54,114 nt of DNA from Pseudomonadota bacterium (GCA_043818055.1 JBDRGF010000016.1:1-54114), one strand, 5' to 3'. Numbered from the stretch's first letter, positions 9,689 to 20,605 are shown. Notes: generated by a model from the letters alone, not told the origin. Made by a program: numbers and translations.

Positions 9689-9997
9689 TTATTTAAAGAG
9701 AGATAAAATATCGATGCCAACCCGATCGATATGACTGGTAAGTTCTGTATTCACAATATCTGAATAAACTGTCAAACTTAACTTCCAGGGAAGAAACAAG
9801 TCTTCATAATCCATACTAATTCTGGTCAATTGTTCGGAAAAGATGTCTCTTCCTTTGAAAGCCAGGTCTATATCGGAACCATCCTGAAAATTCCCTTTTG
9901 CCCGGGAGCCGTATAAAATAACTGCTTCAATATTTTTATATTGTGATATTATCCCGATGATTTTTTGCCAATTGACGTCCGAAATACCGCCAATCAT
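9689..9997 (-). CDS. Minimal nucleotidyltransferase (MNT) antitoxin
   Basis: LYGSRAKG...SDIDL motif; coupled to upstream HEPN gene. Confidence 0.85.
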   Translation of the reverse strand: MIGGISDVNWQKIIGIISQYKNIEAVILYGSRAKGNFQDGSDIDLAFKGRDIFSEQLTRISMDYEDLFLPWKLSLTVYSDIVNTELTSHIDRVGIDILSLFK

Positions 9998-10404
9998 TGC
10001 TGTTCCTCAAAGTATTTATGAAGAGCGACGAAGGGCTCTTTGTATTTTTTGGCTATCTTCAAATAAATATCCTCAACCACTTTTTCATCGTAGAGGTGTG
10101 TTGTCAAATTTCGGGATTTAAGCATGTCAAACCATATCATTCCATCTTGAATGATTCCATCCTGAAAAGCCTGTTCAAGTACAGGCCTCGGACCTTTAGC
10201 ATCGGCATAGCCTCTTTCATAAATCAAAAAGTCCTGTAGCGTTTTCCAGGCCAGCTCAAAGGTATATTCAAAGCATTGAATAATTCCCTGTTTTTGCAGA
10301 ATATCAGGGGAGTTTACCTCAAGACCAGCTTCTAATTGAACAAGTGCTTTTTTATAATTTTGATATCGCTGCTTCCAACGTATATCCTGATTTTTTCGAA
10401 CCAT
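9994..10404 (-). CDS. HEPN / HI0074-type nucleotidyltransferase substrate-binding protein (toxin)
   Basis: DIRWKQRY, IQCFEYTFELAWK, RNLTTHLY (RX4HXY). Confidence 0.85.
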   Translation of the reverse strand: MVRKNQDIRWKQRYQNYKKALVQLEAGLEVNSPDILQKQGIIQCFEYTFELAWKTLQDFLIYERGYADAKGPRPVLEQAFQDGIIQDGMIWFDMLKSRNLTTHLYDEKVVEDIYLKIAKKYKEPFVALHKYFEEQQ

Positions 10405-10532
10405 AGGGAATTTTATGTAGAAAAAGAGTTCTAAATGCAACGTGTTTTTTAAAGCTTTTTTAACAGCTGGGAAAAATTACTCTTTCTCATTTTTTTATGA
10501 GCCTGGTTTATGGAATGTAAAATAGATGAATA

Positions 10533-12539
10533 TTACGGCATGAGCATGGGGAAGATGTCTGGTGCGGGTGAATTTTTGAGAGTTTTTCTGGCAGTATCGA
10601 TCTTAATTCTCAGCTTCTTTATTTGCTCTAACAAAATTTTTGGAAGGGATATGTAGCATTTACGAGACTTTTTTATTTTCTTTTTCCTTGGTGGAAATCT
10701 CTTCGCGAAAAATATGGCAGTCGGAATTTTGCCGTTTCTCCATTCCCTCAAACTCTTGTTGAGCGCAGGGATAAACTCACTCCATCTTATCCAGTCACCC
10801 ATCGAATCATACCATGTGTTAAAAGTGGGTTTTACATGTTTCTTTTCATAGATTGCCACCGTGAGCATCTTGCTTGCGAGCCTTGCCTCCTCTGTTCTCA
10901 TACGAAACAACAATGAAGAGGCCTTTTTCATTTTGGGAATTCCACCATTGAAAAACTTTTCTATCATCAAATTGGGATGGGCATCTCTTCTTCGAATCTG
11001 CTGTAGCAGACACTTAACTAATAATGGGGTGGGAGAGGCCTTTGCATTGAATAGCACAATAACCATTCCTGTTAGAAACATAAGATCAGTTTTATCATTA
11101 ATTTCTCTGTCTAAATAGTAAAAAACATATGTCTCCATATTGACTAAAGCCCAAATCGCTGCATTTGCTTCATCGAAAATTTTATGTGTCCAGTTTGTCC
11201 GATGGCGGTAGTGTTCTTCCAAATTGGTTGATAATCTTAGCATTTCCAAAAGGGACGGAATCGCCTTATTTGCAAAGGATCCTATCTTTTCTATTGTCTT
11301 AGCCGCTTCAATTCGCACATTCTTCGAAGAATCTTTCAGCATTTTAATTAGGACATCTACAACAGCTTTATCCTTCGGTTTAAGATGACCGAGTATCGAA
11401 ATTGCATTAATCCTGGTCAGCTCTTTGGGATTTTTCAATGCTTTTAGAAGTTCCGGTACAATTTTAACACCAAATTTTACCAACGCCCTTGCCACACTTT
11501 TTCGAACATCTTTAGAATCATCTCCTAACGACAAAATGAGGGAATTGATAATCTGATTATCATTCCCTTTAATTTCACCTAAAAGCATAGCAACTCCAAC
11601 CCTCATTTTATTATTCCCACTTTTAAGAGCTTTTATCAAAAATGGAATCACACTATTGCCGATTCCTTTTAGCGCGCACATAGCGACACAACGAACTTTC
11701 TCGTCTGTATCCGAAAGCAGCTTGATTAAACTGTTGACAGCTGGAAAGGCATTGCTTCTCATTATCGCCAAAACCATTGCAGCTCCCCATCTAACTGACC
11801 TTCTCTTATCATCCAACGCTGTAATAACAGCTTTCAAAGCTTTTTGTCCTATTATTCCTAAAGCCTTAACTGCCTCGATGACAACATCTTTATCCTTGTC
11901 GCCGAGCATCCTTATGAGCACAGGGACTGCGACGTGAGATTTTTTGTGAGTGACGAGCAACAATCTTATTGTTGTAATTCTAACGGTTTTTGTGTCGTTG
12001 TTCAGTATTTTATTCAGAATGACGGGATTTAAAATATTCGTCACACCAAACTTATGTAGAAGCTGCACTATCATTTTGAGTTGAAAGATGTCGTTTGTGT
12101 TTAACTTGGCCTTTAGCGCGGGAATTGATGCGCGACCAATCCTCTTTAAAGCCCAGAATGCAATATCGCCAACTCTCAAGTGACCATTTCCCCATGAATC
12201 TCTATCCGACAACAATCTCATCAAATGAGGAACTGCAAATAACGAAGATTCCCCGGCAGCCCCCAAAAACCACGCCGCCTTCGCCCTTGTAGCAAAATTT
12301 TTATCATATAAATTTTTGATATGCGATGATACATCTTTGCTCAACATCTTTGGACTACAAGCTATGGAAGAGAAAATTTTATCTCCACGGGCTGGAGGGT
12401 TGATTTTCGTTGCGGGATTAAAGCTCGAATCAAGATAGATCTGCGATGTCACGCTTCCATTTTGGACGTTGCAACGATATTCCATTCTGCCGTTGCGATT
12501 AACAATCGCTAGCTTCCCGGCTTTATTTGTTGTTGTCAT
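10533..12539 (-). CDS. HEAT-repeat (PBS-lyase-like) protein
   Basis: About 10 repeats of L.D.D..VR..A..AL..IG; start MTTTNK after GGAGG. Confidence 0.8.
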   Translation of the reverse strand: MTTTNKAGKLAIVNRNGRMEYRCNVQNGSVTSQIYLDSSFNPATKINPPARGDKIFSSIACSPKMLSKDVSSHIKNLYDKNFATRAKAAWFLGAAGESSLFAVPHLMRLLSDRDSWGNGHLRVGDIAFWALKRIGRASIPALKAKLNTNDIFQLKMIVQLLHKFGVTNILNPVILNKILNNDTKTVRITTIRLLLVTHKKSHVAVPVLIRMLGDKDKDVVIEAVKALGIIGQKALKAVITALDDKRRSVRWGAAMVLAIMRSNAFPAVNSLIKLLSDTDEKVRCVAMCALKGIGNSVIPFLIKALKSGNNKMRVGVAMLLGEIKGNDNQIINSLILSLGDDSKDVRKSVARALVKFGVKIVPELLKALKNPKELTRINAISILGHLKPKDKAVVDVLIKMLKDSSKNVRIEAAKTIEKIGSFANKAIPSLLEMLRLSTNLEEHYRHRTNWTHKIFDEANAAIWALVNMETYVFYYLDREINDKTDLMFLTGMVIVLFNAKASPTPLLVKCLLQQIRRRDAHPNLMIEKFFNGGIPKMKKASSLLFRMRTEEARLASKMLTVAIYEKKHVKPTFNTWYDSMGDWIRWSEFIPALNKSLREWRNGKIPTAIFFAKRFPPRKKKIKKSRKCYISLPKILLEQIKKLRIKIDTARKTLKNSPAPDIFPMLMP

Positions 12540-12555
12540 TTCTACCCTCCAAAAC

Positions 12556-15003
12556 CTATTTCTCATTGCACTCGTTTAAATCGGGATTGGCTGCGCATAT
12601 CTCCTTCATCCTCTTCTCGATTTCCGCAATCCGCTGTGAAGTGGTAATATCCTTGGTGAACGAGAATTTCTCGCGCAGGCACGCTGCCAGAGAATCAAGG
12701 ACATTCCATTCATAAATTGGGTTGGCCTTGATCTGGGGCTTCTTTAAGATCTTTTCAATCGCCGCGATCGAGGTGTCCCAAATTTTGATCTTCGATTGGT
12801 TATCATCAAATGCCAAGGCATAGTCCGACGAAGAGTGATACATCTCTTCCGTGATCGCCATCACCGCTTCAGAAGCCGCTGATGATGGGTTTGACATTCC
12901 TTCATACACGTCACAAAGTCTGAGCAAGAAGGGATGATGATCTTCGTAAAATTGTTTAAGAATTGAATTTTTCAATTCCGGCGAAAGATTGCATTTATTT
13001 AAAAGTACTGAAGAACGTTCCATATTATATCTTTGAAGGCCCCAGATATTTTTGTCTCTCAACTCTTTTATTTTATTGAACGCCCCTTTGGCACTTGCCT
13101 TTACATATTCGTCGCGGCCTTTCTTCAAATCAGACAGGATGGATGCCGCCATATTCATATTTTTTGATTTGTTTGCAATATTTAACAAAATCATCGTCAC
13201 CAATTTGATATGTCCAGCGAGAATATCGAAGGCGGCCTCGTTTCCACCCCTTTCAAATACTCTCTGAACCAAGCTCAATATGGCCAGCCCCTGCACATCG
13301 GGCGTAGATATCGACGCAGGTTTGGGAATGATATCGCTAAAGGGTTCTGCGGGTTTGGATTGATTCCAACTGTTGTATGTTGCCCATGCGGCATCCACAA
13401 CTACACTGATCTTTGGCAGAAAGCCGAGATCGTTTTGCGGATATTCATATCCATAGTTGTCGATGATAGCATCTAAAAGGGCACTTGTTTGACCGATAAA
13501 GAAATAAGATTTATCTTCTTGGACACCCTTTTTTGCACCGTCATTGAAAAGGCCTATCCACTTTAAAATTATTGTAGTCTTCGTACGGCTGAAGAGAGAA
13601 TCCGGAATATGATAACCATCAAATTTTGATTTTGCCTCTTTCCAGTATTTGATCATTTTGTCGATCAGGGCAGGGGATGGTTTTAATGAGGATTGAGCGA
13701 GAGATTTTCTAAAATCCTCTTCAGATTGGTTAAGATTTAAAAATATTACCCCCCCATCATGATCAAAAAGATATGGTGCAGAGTCTGTGCGTGATATATC
13801 CCATAACGTTTCTCCTTCGTCCTTCTTAAAGTCACTCCAATTGATCTTAACTCGGCGACCGTAATCGTACATCTTCTTTAAACCATTGAGAATTTCTCCA
13901 AATTGCACGATGATTTGGTAACCTGAATCCATATAAGATCTATGTTTGGTTACGCTAAACTCCTTTTCAATTGAGTTCAATTCATCCAAGCCGATTTTCC
14001 TCGCTCTTTGGGCCAAAGACCACAGCTCTTTGAGTTTTGAATCTACAGGTTCTTTATCCTCCCTAAACCTCAAATAATTTGGGTCTTCATCTGTTGTAAA
14101 ATGCGCAGCGATCTGATCCTTGTCGAGCTTGGCCTCCACAATTGACTTTGGAAGTCGGGGAGTGATCGAGTGCGCCTCCAGAACAAATAAGGTCTTAAAT
14201 GAGTTGAGGTCTGTGCCGATATCTTTCGATTTTTCCAGGAACAGGATCAGCGTCTCCCAGAGTGCTCCATATTCTTTGTGATTCGCCCCATATGACACTG
14301 CATTAAAAAACTTGGACAAGATATCCCTAATAAAAACTACTGTGCGGATATCGTCTTTATCCAGATACGACCCGATCAAAGTCTCAGTCAGCTTGATCGC
14401 CGGCGTCCAGTTTTTATTTTCAAGGGTGTAGATTGATATCAAATCGCCGATTACGCTAGGACTAATTTCAGCTTGTTGTTTCACAACCTTCACATAGTTG
14501 TTTATTAAACTAATATATTTTACCATTTTTTCTGCGAGCATCGCTTCTGAATCTTTTCCACGGAGATTTCCAAGCAAGTACATCAGACGATTATTCGCAA
14601 TGATGAATGTATCAAGATTCTTTGGGCTCGATTGCGTTGCGATATCCCAGTATGGTTTTAAAAATGCAGAATCATATTTGATTTCCTCACCCTTCAACGC
14701 AGCCTTTGCCGTCTCAAGATCTGCGCCTGCCAGTTTTTCATAATCAGCATTCAGGCTTTGATCGGCTTCGACCTCCTCTTTGTATTTACCGCCTGTGAAC
14801 TCCTTGCTGCCTGTTAACCTCTCATTTACCCAGCCATATGCCTTCGCAATCATGCCAAAATTTTCGATGGCGGTTTTAACATTGCTATCGCTCACAGATT
14901 CCTTTAACTTTTCTATTTCTTTTTGATCGCCAATCAATTTTCGCAGCACGTGGCCGTTCAAAATACAGTGCGCAAATATCTGTGGAATCTCATTCTGTGC
15001 CAT
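12556..15003 (-). CDS. Large hypothetical (probably helical) protein
   Basis: 815-aa open frame in an operon-like arrangement; no family recognised. Confidence 0.7.
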   Translation of the reverse strand: MAQNEIPQIFAHCILNGHVLRKLIGDQKEIEKLKESVSDSNVKTAIENFGMIAKAYGWVNERLTGSKEFTGGKYKEEVEADQSLNADYEKLAGADLETAKAALKGEEIKYDSAFLKPYWDIATQSSPKNLDTFIIANNRLMYLLGNLRGKDSEAMLAEKMVKYISLINNYVKVVKQQAEISPSVIGDLISIYTLENKNWTPAIKLTETLIGSYLDKDDIRTVVFIRDILSKFFNAVSYGANHKEYGALWETLILFLEKSKDIGTDLNSFKTLFVLEAHSITPRLPKSIVEAKLDKDQIAAHFTTDEDPNYLRFREDKEPVDSKLKELWSLAQRARKIGLDELNSIEKEFSVTKHRSYMDSGYQIIVQFGEILNGLKKMYDYGRRVKINWSDFKKDEGETLWDISRTDSAPYLFDHDGGVIFLNLNQSEEDFRKSLAQSSLKPSPALIDKMIKYWKEAKSKFDGYHIPDSLFSRTKTTIILKWIGLFNDGAKKGVQEDKSYFFIGQTSALLDAIIDNYGYEYPQNDLGFLPKISVVVDAAWATYNSWNQSKPAEPFSDIIPKPASISTPDVQGLAILSLVQRVFERGGNEAAFDILAGHIKLVTMILLNIANKSKNMNMAASILSDLKKGRDEYVKASAKGAFNKIKELRDKNIWGLQRYNMERSSVLLNKCNLSPELKNSILKQFYEDHHPFLLRLCDVYEGMSNPSSAASEAVMAITEEMYHSSSDYALAFDDNQSKIKIWDTSIAAIEKILKKPQIKANPIYEWNVLDSLAACLREKFSFTKDITTSQRIAEIEKRMKEICAANPDLNECNEK

Positions 15004-15023
15004 CTGTTTGACATTTTCAAGGA

Positions 15024-15797
15024 TCAGCTCCTTAAATCCCCCACCATCGCCTGCAGGAGTGAATTGATGTACTTATTATCTTTATCATCAGCGATGATCG
15101 AAAGGCCATAGCCAACAAGTACTACGTGCGCAAGGGCGCGTTTGTCCATATTTGATTCTGCCGACAAATAGATAATACCTTCTCCCTTTTCATTTCTTCC
15201 AAAGGCGATTTGCTGATATACGTTCAAATGCGAAAGCCCCATCGCACTTAGAACTTGGGATGTATAAATATTCTTTGATCCCCTGATTTGACCCTTTATT
15301 ATCATGTTATCAATCGCTCTATCGCTAGAGAATTTAATGGCCTTAACCTTTTCCTGAATCTCCTTAGGCAGGCGGCAGATGACAGACTTGATAAAATCGT
15401 TCACATGCGGTTTCAGTACAACATTTTCTATAGTAGGCATTGAAACTTCTTTGCACATATTGTCTTTGAGTGCGGTAGGCGGCGGGACATTTTCGAGAGG
15501 ATCACCACAAGAGCAGCCTGCTGTTGCAGTTGCAAATGGCAGCATCCTGATTGGTTGGAATTTTGAAAAGACATTTTTTATCGACTCCCATGCCCTCTTT
15601 AGCCAGCTTTTTTTCTGTTCTTTGTTGGCTCGGTTTGCACGAGTTCCATTTTTGATAGAACTGAGATCTTGCGATTGCTTAGTATAGCCTGATTTGGAAT
15701 TTGGCACTCTCTTGGGGAATCGTTGTTCTTTTCTCGAATACCGCCGGTGTTCACGATCTCTCACAGGAAAAGTCGTCATCATCACAAATGGATCCAT
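15024..15797 (-). CDS. Hypothetical protein
   Basis: 257-aa ORF with GGAGG RBS; basic N-terminal extension and internal ATATAGCSC. Confidence 0.65.
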   Translation of the reverse strand: MDPFVMMTTFPVRDREHRRYSRKEQRFPKRVPNSKSGYTKQSQDLSSIKNGTRANRANKEQKKSWLKRAWESIKNVFSKFQPIRMLPFATATAGCSCGDPLENVPPPTALKDNMCKEVSMPTIENVVLKPHVNDFIKSVICRLPKEIQEKVKAIKFSSDRAIDNMIIKGQIRGSKNIYTSQVLSAMGLSHLNVYQQIAFGRNEKGEGIIYLSAESNMDKRALAHVVLVGYGLSIIADDKDNKYINSLLQAMVGDLRS

Positions 15798-15835
15798 AAG
15801 ACCTCCGTTGTCGAATCCCCCATCCTACATTGATT

Positions 15836-15863
15836 TTATCGGCTGGATACGGAAAAAAGTTGC
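15836..15863 (-). promoter_or_regulatory. Putative alternative-sigma promoter GCAACT-N14-GCCGATAA
   Basis: Sigma28-type -10 GCCGATAA; same motif and spacing at 52522-52549. Confidence 0.55.
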
Positions 15864-15874
15864 CTAAAAAGACA

Positions 15875-17897
15875 CCCACAATCCGACACTTTAAAAAAAG
15901 ATGAGAGATTTTCGCCAGTTAGAGCCTCATTTTTTTCGAAAAAATCAGCTTTTTAGCCCCAAATTTAACATTTAATCATTTTTTCAGCTCCATCAGCTCG
16001 TTTCTATGAAAAAACAGGCTAATTTCTTACTCTCAAGAAACACCTCTCCACTAAGTGTCTGCCACCTCCTTTTTTATCTTTTCTCATTTTGTTTCTTCGA
16101 CCATTTACAATTTTCTTCGCTTTAAGGCACTGCCAATGCGAAGATCTTCTCCCGTGCTTCCTTATATATGTTGAAAGATGGATGACCTCTGCTCAACTTT
16201 AATATGATCCGCCTCGCCGTCTTCACAACCTTGCCTGCTATGCACAAAAGCTTGAATCGCAATCGCTTCATATGACAATTTCTCAACTCTTCCGGTAACG
16301 CATGCAACTGTAATGCTCGTATCAAGTTCCAAGCCAAACACTGTATCCTCCACCACGCTGCGTTTGCTCCAAATTCTGCGCAAGGAAAAACGCCTCCAGC
16401 TAAGTCGTTCTTGATGCGATCGTTCAGATGCTCGATGCTGCCGCCTCGTTCGTAATGCCATCTGATCAATCGATCGCCTTCCCACTCCCGATTCGTTACG
16501 ATCACCTCATACCTATCCTTCTTCTTTACCTCATCATGAAACTCCTCTTGAAATAGTTCCCACTGCTCATCTTTCTTTCTCGTCACAATTGTTCTCAAGC
16601 TTCTCTCATTCATCGTTTTCCGCGTTCCATTCGCTGAGGTCCAGTGCATCTCAATCCACTCCTTTTCCGTCACCATTTTTCCTTTTTCAGCTATCTTGTA
16701 CAGAGGCTTCCACTCTTTCTCCGGCAGCGCCTCTATCCATTCCAATATCGATTTTGATAGCTCTCCCGTTATTGTAAATTCTATTTTACCAAACTGCTTC
16801 TTTGGATCGTTCAGATACTTTATGAAATCGTGATTATAATAAGCCCCATCCAGTCTCGTCCTTACCTGCTTTATACTTTTAGGCAGTGATTTGAGACTCT
16901 CCTTAAAAAATCGCTTCACATCATAGGCTGGAGGTACATTTCCATCTCGAAATTCATCTCCGATTATTAGGCCCAATTCTGCTATCGACCCCAATACAGG
17001 CATATAGCCTCTTCCTCCCTTGTAAGTTCCCAATGCATCTCGCTTATGACTGAACACCGCTGTCGCATCATTCTCTATCGTTGCTGTAGTTATTCCGCTC
17101 AGCGAGATGAGCTTTTTTGCCACCTCTCGATTTACCTTGGCCAGGTTTTTTAAGCTTTTGCTCTCTTCTGGTATCCAGGCATTTACTCCCTCCGGCTTCT
17201 TCAATCCCGAATCAAATCGCTCTAAGAACCGCTCTAACGCTTTAGATGATGGTAACGCTTTCGGAGTATTTTTACTCTTCCTTTCATCAGAAACTGAACC
17301 CTTTTTCTCTACCAACGATTGGAAGGCTCGATCTCCTTGCAACATCCGTACATCCTCCATATGCTCTCCGCCTGATACAGTGATGCCTATGATTGCCTCG
17401 ATCAACTCATTCTCGCTCCAACCGGCTTCCTTCACTTTGAGATGTTTCTCTATTATTTTCGATATTTTTAACTTGCGGTAGAGTTCATAGATAAGAGGAA
17501 CTCCGGCGTAGCTTGTCAATTGTGAGTCTTTTTCTGTCTCTTCTAGCTTGAACTTTAATACGCTTTGGGTTAGCTTCTTCATCAGGAAAACTCCTTTTTT
17601 TGTGTATTTGGCTTGATTAACACTTATCCTTTTACACACTCTCTCTGAGAGACGAAAGGGGTTTTTCTTTTTTTTACTAACCGCTTATCATTGCTGTATC
17701 CACATCTCCCAAATATTAAATTGTGATTCTATAAAAAATTGACCTTTGAATATCAAATTTGTGCCTTCTTGCTAAAAATTCAAAAAAAACCTCAGATTTC
17801 ACCCATCAAGTGAATACTTTTTCCAACTCCTGGCTTTGCTTTTATAATTTTTTCAATTACTTGCAGACTTCTCTTTTTTTGCGCTGTCGGATTAAGG
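15875..17897 (-). mobile_element. IS1380-family insertion sequence
   Basis: Imperfect terminal IRs CCACAATCCGACA / TGTCGGATTAAGG; possible GACA target duplication; encloses a transposase. Confidence 0.8.
16122..17582 (-). CDS. IS1380-family DDE transposase
   Basis: LTSYAG, ENDAT, Y.P, FRDGN, RLDGAYY, HYERGGSIEH..KND, FGANAAW. Confidence 0.88.
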   Translation of the reverse strand: MKKLTQSVLKFKLEETEKDSQLTSYAGVPLIYELYRKLKISKIIEKHLKVKEAGWSENELIEAIIGITVSGGEHMEDVRMLQGDRAFQSLVEKKGSVSDERKSKNTPKALPSSKALERFLERFDSGLKKPEGVNAWIPEESKSLKNLAKVNREVAKKLISLSGITTATIENDATAVFSHKRDALGTYKGGRGYMPVLGSIAELGLIIGDEFRDGNVPPAYDVKRFFKESLKSLPKSIKQVRTRLDGAYYNHDFIKYLNDPKKQFGKIEFTITGELSKSILEWIEALPEKEWKPLYKIAEKGKMVTEKEWIEMHWTSANGTRKTMNERSLRTIVTRKKDEQWELFQEEFHDEVKKKDRYEVIVTNREWEGDRLIRWHYERGGSIEHLNDRIKNDLAGGVFPCAEFGANAAWWRIQCLAWNLIRALQLHALPEELRNCHMKRLRFKLLCIAGKVVKTARRIILKLSRGHPSFNIYKEAREKIFALAVP

Positions 17898-17947
17898 ACA
17901 TTTTTTCCACTTTACCACATCATACCGGAGATGCTAAAATTTCCGTA

Positions 17948-18409
17948 ATGATTAACAAAGATAATCAATTGCTTATAGCAAATCTGCGGCGGTTTTTTCA
18001 AAAGAGAAAACAGATCGTCATAGCTTTTCTCTTCGGATCGCAGGCGAAGAGCCGGACTATTTCAGAATCGGATATCGACATCGCCATCTGGCCGGAGGGC
18101 GGGTTAAAGATGAAAGACCTCGATAAGCTTTGGCAGGAATTGGAGCTCATAACCCAGAAGGATGTGGATATCGTCCGCCTTAATAGAGCCAATCCGACGG
18201 TGGCCTGGGCAGCGCTCAGAGGGATTCCGCTGATCATCAGGGACAGAAAACTTTATATTCAGCTTTTGCTCAATATTTCAGATGAGGCGGAGTTTATGCA
18301 GGATTTTAATCTGGATTTATATAAAATAAGGCAAAATCTGCTGTCGAAAAAGGACAAAAACAATGATTCTAAAAAAAGACCAAAAACAAGACATCGTTCA
18401 AAGGCTTGA
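17948..18409 (+). CDS. MntA-like nucleotidyltransferase antitoxin
   Basis: FLFGSQA...SDIDIA...DVDIV motif. Confidence 0.85.
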   Translation: MINKDNQLLIANLRRFFQKRKQIVIAFLFGSQAKSRTISESDIDIAIWPEGGLKMKDLDKLWQELELITQKDVDIVRLNRANPTVAWAALRGIPLIIRDRKLYIQLLLNISDEAEFMQDFNLDLYKIRQNLLSKKDKNNDSKKRPKTRHRSKA

Positions 18410-18791
18410 TTTCATCCGCATCCAGCTTGAGGATTTGAAAAAGTTTCATTCCCTGACATGGAATGTCTATCAAACCGATCGCGATGTTCAACGAAATATC
18501 GAAAGGCTCGCAGAAAATGTTGCAAATGCGGCGATAGATGTATGCAAAATTATCATCGCCGGTGAGGAAACCCTGGAAATGCCCAACAGCTACAAGGAGA
18601 TAATTTTAAAATTGGGGGAAATAAAACTTTTGGAGGAAACCATCGCCCAAAAAGTGGCTCAAATCGCGCAGCTACGAAATATTTTGGCGCATCAATATTT
18701 AGACATCAAGTGGGAAAGGATCAAAGACTTTATCGCTAACGCACCTTTAGTCATGCATCGTTTCATCCAGGCCGCTGAAAAAAAAATCTGA
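18363..18791 (+). CDS. HepT/DUF86 HEPN ribonuclease toxin
   Basis: ER...A.ID, P.SY, RNILAHQY (RX4HXY). Confidence 0.85.
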   Translation: MILKKDQKQDIVQRLDFIRIQLEDLKKFHSLTWNVYQTDRDVQRNIERLAENVANAAIDVCKIIIAGEETLEMPNSYKEIILKLGEIKLLEETIAQKVAQIAQLRNILAHQYLDIKWERIKDFIANAPLVMHRFIQAAEKKI

Positions 18792-18803
18792 CAGGTTAAT
18801 CAC

Positions 18804-19448
18804 TCACCTTCTCAAACATCCCATCACAGGTGCGAATGTCATTCTGTGAATCGGGGTGGGGCCGTGTTTTTTTAGCTCTTCCAGATGGAGCTTTGTGCCG
18901 TAGCCTTTGTGGATGGAAAATGAGAAATGGGGGTATTCTTTTTCCAGCTCAACCATCATTCGATCGCGCGTTACCTTTGCAACGATGGAGGCCGCACCGA
19001 CACTTATGGATCTCGCATCTCCTTTTTTGATCGCCTTCTGCGGGATGTCTGACTTTATAGGCTCGTGCCCATCTATGAGAAGATATTCGGGCTCAACGTC
19101 CAGGCTAAGCAGCGAGAGCCTCATAGCTTCGAGCGATGCGCGCAGGATATTCATCCGGTCGATATCCTGTGGTGAAACGCTCACAACCGCCCAAGAGACC
19201 GCTTCTACCTTGATCCTCTCAAATAAAAACTCACGCTTTTTAGGCGTGAGTTTCTTGGAATCATCTATACCTTCTATTTTATTTTCTCTGTGTAAAATCA
19301 CTGCAGCAGCTACAACCGGGCCGGCCAAACATCCGCGGCCTACTTCGTCTAAACCCGCGACCTTAGTGATTCCTTGCGAATAGAGTTCTTTTTCAAAAAG
19401 AAGAGAATCAATTTTCGGAAGGTTCAGCAGTTTCAGTTGGCGTGACAT
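18804..19448 (-). CDS. rnhB: Ribonuclease HII
   Basis: [20 protein letters not shown]. Confidence 0.95.
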   Translation of the reverse strand: MSRQLKLLNLPKIDSLLFEKELYSQGITKVAGLDEVGRGCLAGPVVAAAVILHRENKIEGIDDSKKLTPKKREFLFERIKVEAVSWAVVSVSPQDIDRMNILRASLEAMRLSLLSLDVEPEYLLIDGHEPIKSDIPQKAIKKGDARSISVGAASIVAKVTRDRMMVELEKEYPHFSFSIHKGYGTKLHLEELKKHGPTPIHRMTFAPVMGCLRR

Positions 19449-19824
19449 CCGTTTTTCCCCCGGTCTTTTCGTCAAGCCCTGTCCAGATTTGTTCTTGAAT
19501 CCTCGCCGATTTTCCACTTCTTTCCCTCAGATAATAGAGGCGGGAACGGCGCACCTTTCCATGTGATACAACTTCAATCTTATCGATCCTCGGAGAATGA
19601 AGCGGAAAGACCCTCTCCACACCTATTCCGTAGGAAATCTTTCTGACTGTAAAAGAGGCTCTCGCCCCTCCCCTGTGCTGTTTCAAGACAACACCTTCAA
19701 AGGCCTGTATCCTCTCTTTGTCGCCTTCACGCACTTTGCAAAAGACCTTCACTTTATCGCCAGTGCGAAATACAGGAATATCTTTTTTGAGGCACTCAGA
19801 TTCTATTCTGTCTATCAAATTCAT
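19408..19824 (-). CDS. rplS: 50S ribosomal protein L19
   Basis: [27 protein letters not shown]. Confidence 0.96.
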   Translation of the reverse strand: MNLIDRIESECLKKDIPVFRTGDKVKVFCKVREGDKERIQAFEGVVLKQHRGGARASFTVRKISYGIGVERVFPLHSPRIDKIEVVSHGKVRRSRLYYLRERSGKSARIQEQIWTGLDEKTGGKTDVTPTETAEPSEN

Positions 19825-19878
19825 AACATCCTCCGGCAATTTATTCCCCTTTTGATAATCCCAAAAAGGTTCGCTTTA

Positions 19879-20604
19879 TTACTTTTTTTTATTTCGTTTG
19901 TCAAACCCTGAATCTCGCCCACTCTCCACATACTTCTGGTATAGATCGGGGCGGACTCTTTTGGTTATTTCGATCGATTTTTCATCTCTCCAGCTGTCGA
20001 TTTGGGCATGATTGCCGGAAAGCAGCACATCGGGTACTTTTAAGCCTTTAAAGACCTCAGGACGGGTATAATGAGGGTGCTCTAAAAGCCCCCTCTCAAA
20101 AGATTCGAACCTTGCAGATTCTTCGTTGCCCAAAACCCCCGGAATAAGGCGGGAGATAGCCTCGATCAGCACCATGGCTGCGGATTCGCCGCCTGAGAGG
20201 ATATAGTCGCCTATGGATATTGCCCTGTCGACCGAAAGATCGGCCACCCGCTGATCGATCCCTTCGTATCTGCCACAGATCAGGATGAGCTGATCGAGGC
20301 TGGCGAGCTCGGAGGCTATCTTTTGGTTGAATAGTTCACCTGAGGGAGAGAGTAAAATTGTGCAAGCCGACTCTTTTTTCTCAACCTTTTCGATAGCTGC
20401 TGTTACAACATCGGCTCTCATCACCATGCCGGCACCTCCGCCATATGGCGCATCATCGACCGAGCGATGTTTATCCGTTGAGCTTTTCCGGATATCGTGA
20501 ACGCAAAACTCGAGAAGATCCCTCGAAACCGCCCTCTTTATTATCGACTCATTGAGCGGCGAGGTAAAAAAATCCGGGAATATTGTTAGAATATCAAATT
20601 TCAT
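19879..20604 (-). CDS. trmD: tRNA (guanine-N1)-methyltransferase
   Basis: VDDAPYGGGAGM, CGRYEGID, SIGDYILSGGE. Confidence 0.96.
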   Translation of the reverse strand: MKFDILTIFPDFFTSPLNESIIKRAVSRDLLEFCVHDIRKSSTDKHRSVDDAPYGGGAGMVMRADVVTAAIEKVEKKESACTILLSPSGELFNQKIASELASLDQLILICGRYEGIDQRVADLSVDRAISIGDYILSGGESAAMVLIEAISRLIPGVLGNEESARFESFERGLLEHPHYTRPEVFKGLKVPDVLLSGNHAQIDSWRDEKSIEITKRVRPDLYQKYVESGRDSGFDKRNKKK

Positions 20605-20605
20605 A

